A DNA stretch of 64,000 nt from Podarcis pityusensis (taxonomy: Eukaryota). Position 1 is the first letter of the stretch. Each line of letters begins with the position of its first letter. Positions 36,101 to 48,227 of this stretch are shown here, one piece after another. Under the pieces are notes generated by a model. The model did not search any database. It was not told where the DNA came from and worked only from the letters and a program-made list of their open reading frames with translations. Made by a program: the position numbers and the translations under genes. Where the stretch lies: assembly GCA_964106645.2 (NCBI GenBank), contig OZ067052.1. The stretch is one strand, 5' to 3'.

Positions 36101-39100
36101 AGCAAACATTTAGCAGCATCCATGAGATCTAGAAACTTGCTTTTTAAAAACAAAAATAAAAATGCCAGATTCCATGCCTGAGCATTGAACCCAGATGGAT
36201 GAGGCAAACATGGAATCTTACTTCAAAGTCAGAACAAACAAAATCCATCCAGACACATCCGACCTTGAGTCATCCTTGTGTGTGTGCCTCGGTGACACTG
36301 TCTAAACGCACACGGCATTCTGCTCTTCATCGTGTTTCCAGGCGAGACAGTATTAAAGCAGCTCTCTCATTAGCATGAAGATGTTACATAAGCGTCATTC
36401 TGAGTAAGACACTTCAGAATTCACTGGTCCCCCGAGGACAGCAGAGCCAGCTCATGCTCATGCATGAAATGTGTAAAGGTCAGGCTCAATACAGTGACAG
36501 AGAGAAGAGGCTCCAAGGTCCAACAGTGATGTGTGTCTGGAATCATTGTGCAGAGTTGAAGGACTCACAGAAGGACAGAGATCAAGCTGCTGTTACAACC
36601 ACAGCCACAGAGCCAGAAGCTGCAGTCTTACATACATCATTGCCTCCCACTCAGAGTCTGGGGAACACCTCCAAGACCTGGGATAACCACTGTCAGTACA
36701 GAGTAGCCAGTATGGAGCTAGCTGAACCCAAAAAGTATGACCCCAATGTAAGACAGGTCCTTATAAAGGAATAAATGAAGGCAGTAACCAACTCAGCTGA
36801 AACATCTCACAGGAAACTAGATTTGCTTCCCAACCCACTGCATAAATGTCCTCATTTTGGACTTATTCACCAGCAGTTTCAGAGAAGGTTAGACTCACCC
36901 AAACCCCTATAGTCCACAAATTCCCATAACTACATACTGCCTGCCTGCTTCCCGCTGTACATTTCAATGAGACCAGCTGTCTGCGTGGCAGAAATCCCAT
37001 TTCAAGTCTGCAGGTGGTGCATCTCTTTACCAAGGTAAAGCATCTCTTCTTATGCTTCAGATTAAGTTAAGAAGTGCCAAACTAAGAGCAAGTTCAGGTG
37101 TCCCTTGATCCCTCAGAGGCTGCAAGACTGTATCAGCGACTCATGCAGTCTGCTTGAAGTAGCTGCGATTTTAAGGACTTGAGTTGATTCTAAGAGGTTT
37201 GCTCCCGGATTCCTTCGGAGAGGCTGCTGGGGCTTGCAAAACCCAAGTGTTTCACGGTATGGCTGCTAGAGGAAGCTCTGCAAACAGGGCCAGCTCTGGG
37301 AACAACCCACAAAACTGTGCACCATTATCACATCTTAGCTTTTGCAGTCCCTACCCAGCGCCCCAAAACATTTACGTATGTCCAGGTGTGGACTCACCAT
37401 AAAGATCTGGTCCGTGTGGCGTGAAGACGTTGTACAAGACAATGTTGAGAGGAGTAATCACAAGCTTCCCATAGTGATAACTGTCAACAGCCACCAGGGG
37501 CACCTTCATTCAACAAGAAGAACACAGCTGTTTCTAGATTATCTCAATTCCAGGACAGCACTTGCGTTTCCCACATTCGGAAACCAAGCAAAACAGCGGT
37601 GCTGACCAGAATTTAGGGCACAAGAACTACAGGCTGATGCAGATGCAAGGCTGACACTGAACATAGGATCCTCCCATCAGGTGTGTGTGCGCATATACAC
37701 CCCCCCAAAAAAAAACCTGTCGTAGTTATCACTTCTACCATAATGTAAGGCAGCTTTTCTCAACCTGTGGGTCCCCAGATGTTATTGGACTACAACTCCC
37801 ATCAACCCTAGCTAGCAAGGCCAGAGCTCAGGGATGATGGGAGTTGTAGTCCAACAATATCTGGGGACCCACAGGTTGATAACATCTGATGTAAGGGCAT
37901 TGCAGTGTATGTTGCCCTCCCACAGCCAACAGCATTATCTACTGCTGTCAAGGGAGACTTGTGGGAAACATACATTGTGAAGATGCCACAATATGGGAGG
38001 AGACATGAACATTACTGCCCCTTCCCAGGGTGCCTCTTTTAGCCATAGAGAAAATACCTTCCTGTCCAGAAAGCCATGCAGAACACAATGGGATATGCCC
38101 ACATGACTTCACTGAGCAGAATACTCCTTTGGAAGGAAGAGTGGGGGGTCAGAAGTGCAAGAACTGTGGAGACCCCTCCTCCTCAGTAACCCCTTTGGAA
38201 GAACATGACACTCAGTTCCCATTATAGAACACTCCCCTCTGAGTTATTTCTCCACAAATAACTTGGAAAACTCACCAGAAACACCACTAGTGCGACCAGA
38301 AACCACCTCAGGAAGCTTCTCCACCTTCTTTTCAGGATGAGGAAGTCCAGGGCAATAGGAAGCCTGGCAAAAGGAGATGCCAAAAATATTCACATCTCAA
38401 CTTGGATGTTTTAAAACATTTATCAGTTGACCCTTGCACACTCACTCTAGCCCTCCCCCCCTCCAAGCCCCCCCCAAACCAACCATGTGGAGCCCCACCC
38501 ACCTACCTTTGAATATAATCCTGTTTCTAAATTAATCAAGGATGCAAAGGAATTCATTCCCCCCCCCCCCAAGAACAGCAGAGGGAGTAGGGAGTGACAT
38601 TTATGAATCATGGGAATAGATAAATAGAACTGGAAGACAGAGCAGCAAAAGGAACAGAGATAGAAAAGCATAGTTTGGAACGATTTGGCTGGATAACTTT
38701 GGAAATAACAGGACAAAAAAGGGAGGGGTTCAAAGAGCGGATAGAGGTAAGTTAGAGCAATCCTTTTGGAGTAACAGGGAATCCCCTTTTCATGGTGAAC
38801 ATAGCCGGATAAGAGCTACCTGTTATCCATCCTCTCTCTTTTCTAGGGAAGCACTACTGCTACAGAAGCCTACTTAGTGCCTACAAAGCAGTGTCTTAAG
38901 GTATCACTTGTTATGGCAGTATGCAAAGTTCTCTGCTCAGAATTTTACAAATTACATGGTGATATAATTTCTTAACTTGAACAATTCCAGTTGCAATAAT
39001 AGCCAAATGCTTCCAGTTGTACTCTTAAGGAATGGAAGCTCTCGTTAATTTTGATGGTACCTCCCACATATTTCTTAAACTTTCCTCTAGCCACCATGAG

Positions 39101-42100
39101 GCCTAGGAAATTAATTAAAGAGTTTTCAATAGTTGAGTGAGTGTCACAGCACCTGAATGGAATGCAAAACAACCAGGTTCCAAAACACAACATTTACACT
39201 TCTTCAAGGAACAACAATTGCGCAGCTACAATCCCAAGCAAGTCAAATATTGCAGCCCTGCGCACAGAGCTATAATAACCTGAGGACAATAATGAAACTG
39301 ATCAGTCTTGGAGAGACATTGTTGCCCTTTGCAGCTGGCTAGGGCCCACCTAGAGCTACCTGTCCCTGAATGCTTTCACGTTCCCCACTCCCTTTTGCTT
39401 ACCCAAGTGCTGCACTGAAAGGCCAGCCCACAATGGCTCCTGCAGCCACGCCCAGGACCGCCAGAGAGATTTTATCCATGTACCACCCCGTCATTGCTAT
39501 TACTGTGCTGTACATGCAGAAGCTGCTGGGGAGGAAGGCTGAAAAGCAAAAGAAGCAAAAAGGAATCAGGGTCTGGGAGAAAGCAGAAAGCATTCAGAGC
39601 CCCACAGATGACTTGGCGTCATTTCAGGACTCCTTGTCAGCAGCAGATTTTCTCAGCACAAACCTGAGAACATGTGACATAGGAAAGGAGCTGTAGCTCA
39701 ATGGGAGAGCATCTGCTTTGAATGCAGAAGTCAGAGTAGACAGTACTAGGCTAGATGGATTAGGGACTGTACACAATGTAAGGCAGTTGGAAGGGTGGGG
39801 GTGCTTGAGGTTACATATGAACCAACACAACGCTTGGAATCCTTCTGCTGGAAAAGGTGATTCTTAAGCAACCTCTTGCTAACTGGAGTCTCATTCTTCA
39901 CCTCTGGAAATGTTCTGCAACAGATGGTCTCTTTTTATGCCAAGATGCAGGGGGCTCAGGGAGCAAGGCAAGTCCCTTACTCCAGTTACACCTGAGGATC
40001 CAGGCTAAGTTCTCCAACAAATAGTGAGGACTCTTGCAGTAAGCAAAGTGAATGCCTTTCATGTTCTGATTCTACTGATCTTAAAACCAGAAACAGTCCT
40101 TATGCATTGCTAATTCCACAGAATCTGGATGAACAAAAGTCTGCACTGACTACCTAGTACAAAATCCAATGTCCTTTTCAGAATCCTGAGCATCTCAGTA
40201 TTTATTTTTGTTACAAGTTTCTAGCCCCCATTGATATGAAGAAAAGATTGAAAAGTATATGCCAGAGCTTTCCAAACTTTTAATGTTGGGAAAATAAATA
40301 AATAAATAAAAGATTGTCCAGTAGCACCTTATAAGACCAACTAAGCTTTTGTGTACATGCACACTTCTTCAGAAGTGTGTCTGAAGTCTAAAGTGTGTGT
40401 CTGTGTATCTGAAGAAGAGTGCATGCACACGAAAGCTTATAACAGAACAAACTTGGTCTATAAGGCGCTACTGGACGATTTTTTATTTATTTTTTATTTT
40501 TTACTTCGACTGCGTCAGACCAACACGGCTACCTACCTGAATCTTTTCATGTTGGTGACACACTTTTTAGACATGCATCATTTCGCAACACAGTAATTCA
40601 GTTTTACTAGAAAACCAGAGATTAAACTAACCACTATCCAGGCCTGGGAGGAGTGCAGGAAGTGTTCACACAACACACCTACACGCTATAGCCGACACAC
40701 TAATGTGTTGCGACACACAGTTTTGAAAGCTCTGGTATATGTGAATATTAGGTGAATCATTCAAACGGCATACAGGGAGCTGGAAAGAGAGAGGAGGAAA
40801 GATTTGCCTATACAGACCATATAATTTCCACCTCTCATGCAACCTCTTACCCATCTCTACCCAAAAATGCAAATTCTGCAGGAGAATATCCTTTCCCATC
40901 AAAAGTCAATATGAAATCGGTTCCTAACCCTCAAGCAATTCACTTCTTAACTCACCAGCCGCTGAGCAGAACATCCCAGTGCTGAGTACCAAGAAAGCCA
41001 GCATGAGACGACTCACATGCAACCCAAATTTCTTGCACACGGCCCTGGGGAAGTAGAAGGTAAAATAAGTGCAGTTCCAGTGCACAAAAAGTCCCAAGAC
41101 CTGCAAAAGCCAAGAACTTGTGAGCACAGCAGACAACAATATGGACCAAAGGCATGGCTCAGAATAAGGCAGCTATGTTTTCAGACCTATCACGTAACTT
41201 AGTGACAAAGCAGAGGTGTGTTTTATGCAGCTAAAAGGGGGGCTTAGGAGTCTGGGCTGGGAAAGACCCAGGAGTGGGCTAAACAGGCCAAAGACTAGCT
41301 CCAGACGAGGTAGCGTCTCCCTCAACTAAAGCAGCCATCTTGCCCTGAAAGAAAATATATTTTGCCGAAAGCTTCCCCACCTTTTGTAGCTTGTCTTGGC
41401 TGTTTAATTATGTAGTTTTAATTCATGCATACTGTTTTAACATTTTTATGTTAACCACTTGGTGCCAGAAAAGTAGTATATAAATATCTTACAATAAATA
41501 AATGATGAATACAACACAGCTTTAGACGTTAACGGCTTATGGGCACCAGTAACATGACCTCTGGCCAGTTCTGTACTATGAATCCAGCTACCAGCATACA
41601 TAGTACCAGGCTTAATATTTCCTTCTCAATAAGTCTTCTGAACTTCTCCATTCAACCCCTACCGCCTCTGCCCCCTTCTGCCTTTTTGCTGGAGTCTCCC
41701 AACTACATGCCAGTTGAGACTGGTGTGATGAGGGATACCAGAAGCAGCAGGTTTGTACAGATAGCAATGCTGAATGGCAGCTCAATGGTAAGACTGTCTC
41801 ATCTGACAGTTTAATAATGATTTATATCCTAGGCCAACCTACAAAATTGCTCCAGCTCTTAAGATTTCTAACTGAATCAGATCCTTAAGGTGGCTTGCAA
41901 TGTAAGATATGCACATAGAAAACATGCCCAAGATCTCTAGAAATGTACTTGCCCAGTAGTTTATCAAGGGACATTTCTTATTTGATGAACTGACAAATTC
42001 CCATTCAGTAACAGCTGTGTCAATGGTCATAGTATTCACAATGGTAATAGAGGAAGGACTTTCTGTACTCACTTATAAAAGTAAAGCTCGCAAACACAAC

Positions 42101-43995
42101 TCAGGAAGGCCAGAAGACAGCGCAAGAAGTAGAAGATGAGAACCTAGGATGAACAGTTACAATTACAATGCTTGCAGACAGAGTCAAACCCACATACCTC
42201 TGTCCTTATGAGTAAGGACTCATAAAGCCAGAGCTTTCACCAAGATGGACTTGCCCAGACTAAAAATGAAAGGGATATTTGATTAACAAACAGAATGTTA
42301 GGCTGTTTTCGACTCCAGTAAACTGTGGGCAGACCCTTTACAATGTGCAAACTGGGTGTCCCACACTGCACCAAGGATACAGGAGTCCATGTTAACAGAA
42401 GGGAGGGAAGGAGGTTGGGGAGAGGGGAAGCTTGGGTGAGCCATGGATAGAGCACCCAGCACATAGATGAAGTCAAGGTATGTCATGGGGGGAGGGGAAT
42501 ATCTTTCAGACTGAGGGCTACCCAACCATCTGAGCAACTTTCTAGGCATCACATACTAGTGGTTGGTGATGGCAGAGGCGGACGTAGCAATGTCTTTGTA
42601 TTCTAAGCTAGTTTCCACACAATCAAGAGGCATTAGTTAAGTTCAGTGACACATTCCAGGCAGGCAAAAACATTCAAAGAGGGTATGACATAGGGCTGGT
42701 GAGGGTGTGTGGCCTTGGGTGATAGCAAGGGCCAGACAGAGAGGGCTGCATTTGGCCCTGGGCCTGGGATTCCTGACTCCTGAAGTATGCACATTACCTT
42801 GTTTGTTTGCAGAACTCTGGCGTGGAACAAAGCTGGTAAGGCATGGAGCCACAGGTATGCGTAGGAGCGGATGGCATAGACAGGAGAGTATTCCCATGTC
42901 TGGAAGCCTTTACCATAAACGAGGTAGTGCATCTGTTGGACGTGTTACAAAATCAAGTCAGAAGGTGTTCTAATTCTCGCTTTAGTAAGATGCGTACACA
43001 CACACAATGCTAAAAGCTAAGCCAGTTATAGGCAAAAGATTAAGAGGAAGAGCAAAAGATCTGCAGTGTCACCCTTAGGAAACATGAACCTGCAGGATCG
43101 TGATCCTGCATCACAACAAACCAAAGGGTATACCCTGGATACCACTACTTCTCAATTCAGGAGTGATTAAGGATTTGGGTTGAACATGTACCCCCTTCAC
43201 ACCCCAACAAGGCACTTCACAGACACGAACGAGACTCACAGGTTCCCAGTAGTTAAATGTCTCATCGCAGTCGGAGATGTTACTCAACAGTGCGGCACAG
43301 AACCTGGCTGAGATTAGACACTTGAAAGCTGTAGATCCTTCAGGGGCCCAGACATGTCCTGCTTTGCTCCCAGACGACCTAGGGGAGAGCCAAAAAAAGA
43401 CAGGTGTCAGCCCCATGAGTGGATGATAAGGTGAGGGGATTAGACGGAAGTGGCAAGGTGATTGAAGCTGAGAAAAGGGAAGGGTGCTCAGGGAATCATT
43501 CCAGATTTTAAAATGAAGCATTTTTAAACACCCAGAAATACTGCACACATCTAAAAATTCTCACTGTGGAGACAACTGCAGATAAATTCTCACTGATTTG
43601 CACATTGATCAGTGAGTGCAGATTCTTCTTCTGACAAAATACTGATCGGCCCAAACTTTGGTTGGCCTATAATCAAGAAGGATGTCATGTCTACCCCGCG
43701 GGTTGCTAAAGGTTCTTTTCTAAATACCTTCTTGCATGGCTGCTGGCAGGAACAAGAACTGCATTAGTTTCTTGCTTTGAGGCAGTATCCTGCCTTCAGT
43801 TCAAGAAACTATGCACAAGAATGCAAAGCTACACACACCCAAATGGGAGCCTGTGGCATGAGAAAGAAAGAAGTGTGTCTCTCTGCTTCATAATCCCCCA
43901 TGAAACATCCTATTTATATGTGGGGAGAACAGCAACGCATCCTACTGGTCTTGATGCTGTCTCCATAGAATCGGGGAGAGTCCCACAAAGCTCTT

Positions 43996-44030
<35 letters not shown>

Positions 44031-44946
44031 ACTATGTATATGATGCTGTTACGGGACATGTGTGGTTTTGTTTTGTTTTTGCAGTGCGGGGAGGCAGCTG
44101 AATAGGGTGAGGGAGTTACAAATAATAGGGAGACTCTATCCTCTGGACAATGTCCTCAGGTCTGCTTCATGTCTCCTACAGGATTGAGGGATGTGTTTGT
44201 TTATGTGTGTGCAATATGACAGTGCTGGACAGAGATTCAATGGAGGGCGTTACACGATTCTGAGAGGTGCATTTTTTTCGTGGGAGTCCTTCCACTTCCA
44301 AGCAACAATCTGTATCTCATCATGGCTTATATCCATGATGCAACACAGCATTTTACAAAGCCTAAAACCAGTCAAGTGTCTCCCACCCCCGCTCCACTTC
44401 CTTTTTTCTTCTTCAAATTTTCAAATTCATTTAATTTTTCCAAATTTTGAAATTTACAATCATCCAACAACCAAAACAAAAAGAGAATTCCATAAATTCC
44501 ACTTCCAAAGCCCCCACAGTTCATGACCCTTTGAGCCCGACTCTTAAGGAATCTTCCCTCAGCCCAATGCCCCCCATAAAATAAAAATTAAAGTCAGGAA
44601 GGCCCTAATAATTCAGGCGCCACAGGACCCACCCCCACGAGTCCACCGCGAAAGGAGACTTCCCTATCTGACCCTACCTCAAATTCCTCGAGGGGACCCC
44701 ATATACCTCAGGCAACCCTCCCCCCTATAATGTGTCTCCGTCCCTCCAAGTCACCCCCTAATGGCAGCTCCCCCCCCCCCCCCATATCCTCCTCGCTCAC
44801 CCCACCACATTATCTGCCACCTACTCGGCTTTGGTCTCCTCAGTGGCCGGCGGGGGCGCTTCTTCTCGCTGGCGGGAAACGGCAGCCGCCGCTGCCGCAT
44901 CCCCACCTCCCCCTCGAGGCCGCTGCCGGGGCCCCTTGGCCGCCAT
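23129..44946 (-). CDS. ALG9: Alpha-1,2-mannosyltransferase ALG9 (GT22 family), complete, 15 coding exons, 608 aa
   Basis: Exon lengths sum to 1827 nt in frame. Motifs ISDCDETFNYWEP, FQTWEYSP, HKEERF, CVGKEWHRFPSSF and C-terminal KKAGG match recalled human ALG9. Confidence 0.98.
26108..26238 (-). CDS. ALG9: ALG9 exon 14 (FDISKCHYLVDLD...PFLDSS)
   Basis: AG/GT boundaries, 131 nt. Confidence 0.96.
26756..26885 (-). CDS. ALG9: ALG9 exon 13 (WQLQFIPSEFRGQLPKPF...EEPSRY)
   Basis: AG/GT boundaries, 130 nt. Confidence 0.96.
27100..27138. repeat. (TG)n microsatellite
   Basis: Perfect TG run. Confidence 0.95.
29222..29369 (-). CDS. ALG9: ALG9 exon 12 (GYHGPLDLYPEF...FPSSFLLPD)
   Basis: AG/GT boundaries, 148 nt. 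Confidence 0.96.
30300..30429 (-). CDS. ALG9: ALG9 exon 11 (KCYHFIFQRYRLEHY...SVALFR)
   Basis: AG/GT boundaries, 130 nt. Confidence 0.95.
31097..31251 (-). CDS. ALG9: ALG9 exon 10 (VQNLGRPYW...HKEERFLYPIYP...SALQ)
   Basis: AG/GT boundaries, 155 nt. Confidence 0.96.
33781..33903 (-). CDS. ALG9: ALG9 exon 9 (GTEPWSFYFINGFLNFN...QKFH)
   Basis: AG/GT boundaries, 123 nt. Confidence 0.96.
37398..37503 (-). CDS. ALG9: ALG9 exon 8 (VPLVAVDSYHYGKLVITPLNIVLYNVFTPHGPDLY)
   Basis: AG/GT boundaries, 106 nt. Confidence 0.96.
37751..37888. mobile_element. Palindromic hAT-type MITE (same family as 3280-3416)
   Basis: Fold-back GGACTACAACTCCCATCA/TGATGGGAGTTGTAGTCC; 8-bp TSD ATGTAAGG. Confidence 0.88.
38276..38363 (-). 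CDS. ALG9: ALG9 exon 7 (LPIALDFLILKRRWRSFLRWFLVALVVFL)
   Basis: AG/GT boundaries, 88 nt. Confidence 0.94.
39403..39538 (-). CDS. ALG9: ALG9 exon 6 (FLPSSFCMY...GWPFSAALG)
   Basis: AG/GT boundaries, 136 nt. Confidence 0.96.
40263..40734. mobile_element. hAT-type MITE interrupted by a Penelope-like insertion
   Basis: TIRs CAGAGCTTTCCAAACT...AGTTTTGAAAGCTCTG; TSD GTATATGC/GTATATGT. Confidence 0.82.
40290..40542. mobile_element. Penelope-like retroelement terminal fragment with inverted repeats and hammerhead-like cores
   Basis: Inverted arms 40316-40340 and 40453-40476; CTGAAGA...GAAAGC motifs; 13-bp TSD CTTTT(A/C)ATGTTGG. Confidence 0.72.
40956..41044 (-). CDS. ALG9: ALG9 exon 5 (AVCKKFGLHVSRLMLAFLVLSTGMFCSAA)
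   Basis: AG/GT boundaries, 89 nt. Confidence 0.95.
42073..42143 (-). CDS. ALG9: ALG9 exon 4 (VLIFYFLRCLLAFLSCVCELYFY)
   Basis: AG/GT boundaries, 71 nt. Confidence 0.95.
42798..42932 (-). CDS. ALG9: ALG9 exon 3 (MHYLVYGKGFQTWEYSP...QTNK)
   Basis: AG/GT boundaries, 135 nt. Confidence 0.96.
43240..43378 (-). CDS. ALG9: ALG9 exon 2 (SSGSKAGHVWAPEG...FNYWEP)
   Basis: AG/GT boundaries, 139 nt. Confidence 0.96.
43998..44027. repeat. (TG)n microsatellite
   Basis: Perfect TG run. Confidence 0.93.
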
Positions 44947-45150
44947 GCCGAGTGTGGGCACCAGAACGGCCTCGACGGCAGGCTCCTCCCGGCAGTCAAG
45001 AGAGGGACACGTCAGAGCTGAAGGTGGCGGTCGCCATGATGGGTCCGGGCAAACAGACACGCGCAAGCGCAGTCTCTTTCCCTGCTGGGGCGCCGGCGGC
45101 CGCTAGGAAAACGTGTCTCTCCCTCTCTCAGGGCGAGGAGACTCTATAGA
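44700..45150 (-). promoter_or_regulatory. ALG9 CpG-island promoter / first exon region
   Basis: High GC and CpG density; NRF1-like GCGCAAGCGC at 45061-45070. Confidence 0.75.
44825..44946 (-). CDS. ALG9: ALG9 exon 1 (MAAKGPRQRPRGGGG...)
   Basis: ATG in CpG island with ggcATGG context; GA|gtaggt donor. Confidence 0.88.
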
Positions 45151-47567
45151 AAGGAGCCGCAGCTGTTACCTTATGCATTCTCAGACTGTACCACTTCACT
45201 TTCCAAGTGGGAGGGTCGCTTTTGAATGTGCCCTTTCATGTTGTTTATTATCCCTTGTATGTCATCAGTTAGCAGAGAAATGTTGAGCCTCTCGCTGATG
45301 CGCTAGTTTTCTCCTTGCAGGGATGCGGGCTTTTTATCTACATATATAAATGTGAACGGGAAGTAGTATTCAAAAATGTGAGCCCTTCCGTCTTTAGCAG
45401 CAAAATCCAGAATTCCACTAACTCACCAAGTAGGGCACTGCTGTGGGTGGCTGCTCAGGTTTTCCACGTGGTGCATGCCATGGCTTGCTCCCTTCCCTCT
45501 CAGGCTGCTTACAGCTGTACCTTTGAAGCACATTCAAAGCACAGCTTCACCCTCAAAGAATTATGGACACTGTAGTTGGCTATGGATTGATGGAAATTGC
45601 AATTCAGGGAGTGGTAAACTACAGTGCCCAGAATTCTTTGAGAGGGAAACGTTCTTTGGATGTGCTTTAAAGGTATGGGGTGTACTCAGCCTCACACCCT
45701 CAATGCCTGCAAGGGAAATGCCTCACCTTTAGGGTGCCCTTGCTTTCCTGGACATGTTTTCACAGAAGTATGTATTTATTGAAGTAAAAACTGGTTCCAG
45801 GTAAGTAATTGAAGATTGCAGATGTGCACACACAGCTGGCAACTTGAGCACAAGATGGTACTTTTACAGTGTGCTCCAGTTGCACAAATACATTCATTAT
45901 CTCTCCCCACTCAGCACTGGCAGATAAATCCTAGAATTGCATGCCCAAAGTATGTAGGATTTACTGCTGAGTAAAATGTGTTCAGGACTAATACTTACCT
46001 CACTAACCTCCCTACCCTCCTGTGCCTTTTTTAAATTAACACCCAGTGTGTGCCTTACAATTTATTTTGTGCCAAGAGTGAGTCTGTGGCTGAGATTCTA
46101 CGTACATGCAAGCAAGACCCATTTATTGGAACGAGACTTGCTTTTCAGTAGATTACCACGACTCAGGGTGGTTTGCATTGCCTAAATTTTATCTGAATCT
46201 TGCATACCAGCCATCATTACATGATTTTGCTCTTACTGCATTCAAAAGTTTTCCACGCTCCACTTGAAGCAAACCAATGAACAAGGGGGGGGGGGGGAAT
46301 AGAATTTGTCTCCATCTTTCATGCATGTTTGCTGAAAAGTGCATCACCCTGTTCCTATGTATTTATTCACAAGCCCCTCTGAATGTAATGGAGCTTACGA
46401 GTCTTTATAAGCTTGCAACAACGCTATGCCTGTTTACTTGGTCGCATTCAGTGGGGCTTATTATCTGTTTAGTATTACAACATTGGCAGTAAATATCACT
46501 GTATGTGCATCTTGAATTCACCAACATCACTGTGCACCACGTGTGCCAATATGAAGCAGGGTAGCAGAGAAGTGACTGCATTGGTTTTAAATAAGACCTG
46601 AGCTCATCCAAACTTGTGAGCATCCAGACTGATTGGATTAGTTAAGGCTTGGCGGGCATAAGACCCATTCTCCCTTCTTCCAGCTATCCTGCACAAGCTT
46701 AGCAGACTCAAAGGGCTCAGGATTCTGTAACAATCTCTTATTTTAACCAAAGAAACAACTGTGACAATCCTCTCTAAAAATAAGAAACAGCACTTGCTGA
46801 TTTAGGTCTTTGCCAGACCTGATTATAAATATGTTGGCATTTTGTTACTCATACTCTTTGCATTCCACCACCTAAAGATGTGGGCATGGCCGAGTCAACA
46901 TGGTGACATTGCACAGCAAGGTTGGGAAACCTCAGGCCTTTGGACCAAATGTGCCCCTCCAGGCCTCTCTACCTGGCCCATGGGACCCTCCCCAGTCCAC
47001 ACCCCTCTCCACTCCTGCTTTGCACCCTTCTTGAGTGTTTTTGCCTGGGTGAAATGTGCCCTTGAACTCTAATCCTGCTTCTTGCTTGCCTGGATTGTGG
47101 ACAGGGCAGGGCATGTGTGAGAGAAGAAAGTAGTTGACACCTTTGTTGCTATACTCACTTTTGCATCTGCCCCCCCCCCACACCACTAGCATGTGGCCCC
47201 TGAAAGGCTGTCCAGAAAGCAAAGTGGCCCTTCAGCTGAAAAAGTTCCCCCACTCCTTCTGTAGTAGAATTTCCTGTATAGAAGCTGCTGTTAATGTTGC
47301 AGTCAGCACTTTGGACTCGGATGAGGGAGGCCCAAGGTAAAGTCCCTTGTTCAGCCACAAGCCTTGCTAAGTAAACTTGGGCCAGTTACCATCTCTCAGC
47401 CTAGGCAGGTTGTTGCGATGGTTGAATTGTGTGCGTTGCCATGAGCCTGTCTGCAGGGTAGCAGAACTGAAATGTAACTTCTTCTTTTTTAGTTTATCCT
47501 AAAGACTTTGCAGGAATTCCACTTCAGAAATATTACCTCTTCTGATATGCAAACTGAACAGCTTAAC

Positions 47568-47818
47568 CAGGGGTCAGCAAACTTTTTCAGCAGGGGGCCG
47601 GTCCACTGTCCCTCAGGCTTTGTGGGGGGCTGGACTATATTGGGGGGGGGGGGAATGAACGAATTCCTATGCCCCACAAATAACCCAGATATGCATTTTA
47701 AATAAAAGCACACATTCTGCTCATGTAAAAACATGCTGATTCCTAGACTGTCTGCGGGCCGGATTTAGAAGGCGATTGGGCCAGATCCAGCCCCCGGGCC
47801 TTAGTTTGCCTACCCATG
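47568..47818. mobile_element. hAT-type MITE
   Basis: CAGGGGTCAGCAAACT...AGTTTGCCTACCCATG termini; GCTTAAC duplicated on both flanks. Confidence 0.8.
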
Positions 47819-48227
47819 GCTTAACCCTATGTACCTTGCAGTTACATCTCCAGCGTTTCCATTTATGCCATTCCAAATAAGCAAAAGAAGAGTGGATGGG
47901 ACTCAATGAAGCTGCCTTGTATTATTTTCTCTGACCAGCTACAGCCTCCATAAGATTTTGAACGGGAGCTGGATACAATTACATCGGCCTGCAATGAATA
48001 ACCTCTTCCAAAAAGAACTCACCGAGAGTGACAAGAGTTAAACAAGGTTTATAAAGTGTTTGACTTTATTGCCTTAAATAGGAAAATAGAAAGAAGGTGG
48101 TGTATGCACCACCTTCAAGCCCATCCAGCCTTTATAAAAGGCTTGCTACGGTTGCCTGATGTTAACACACACAGCTAATTTGAATTAGGGAGTCCAACAA
48201 AACCTGTCTGCACAGAATGATAAAGAA

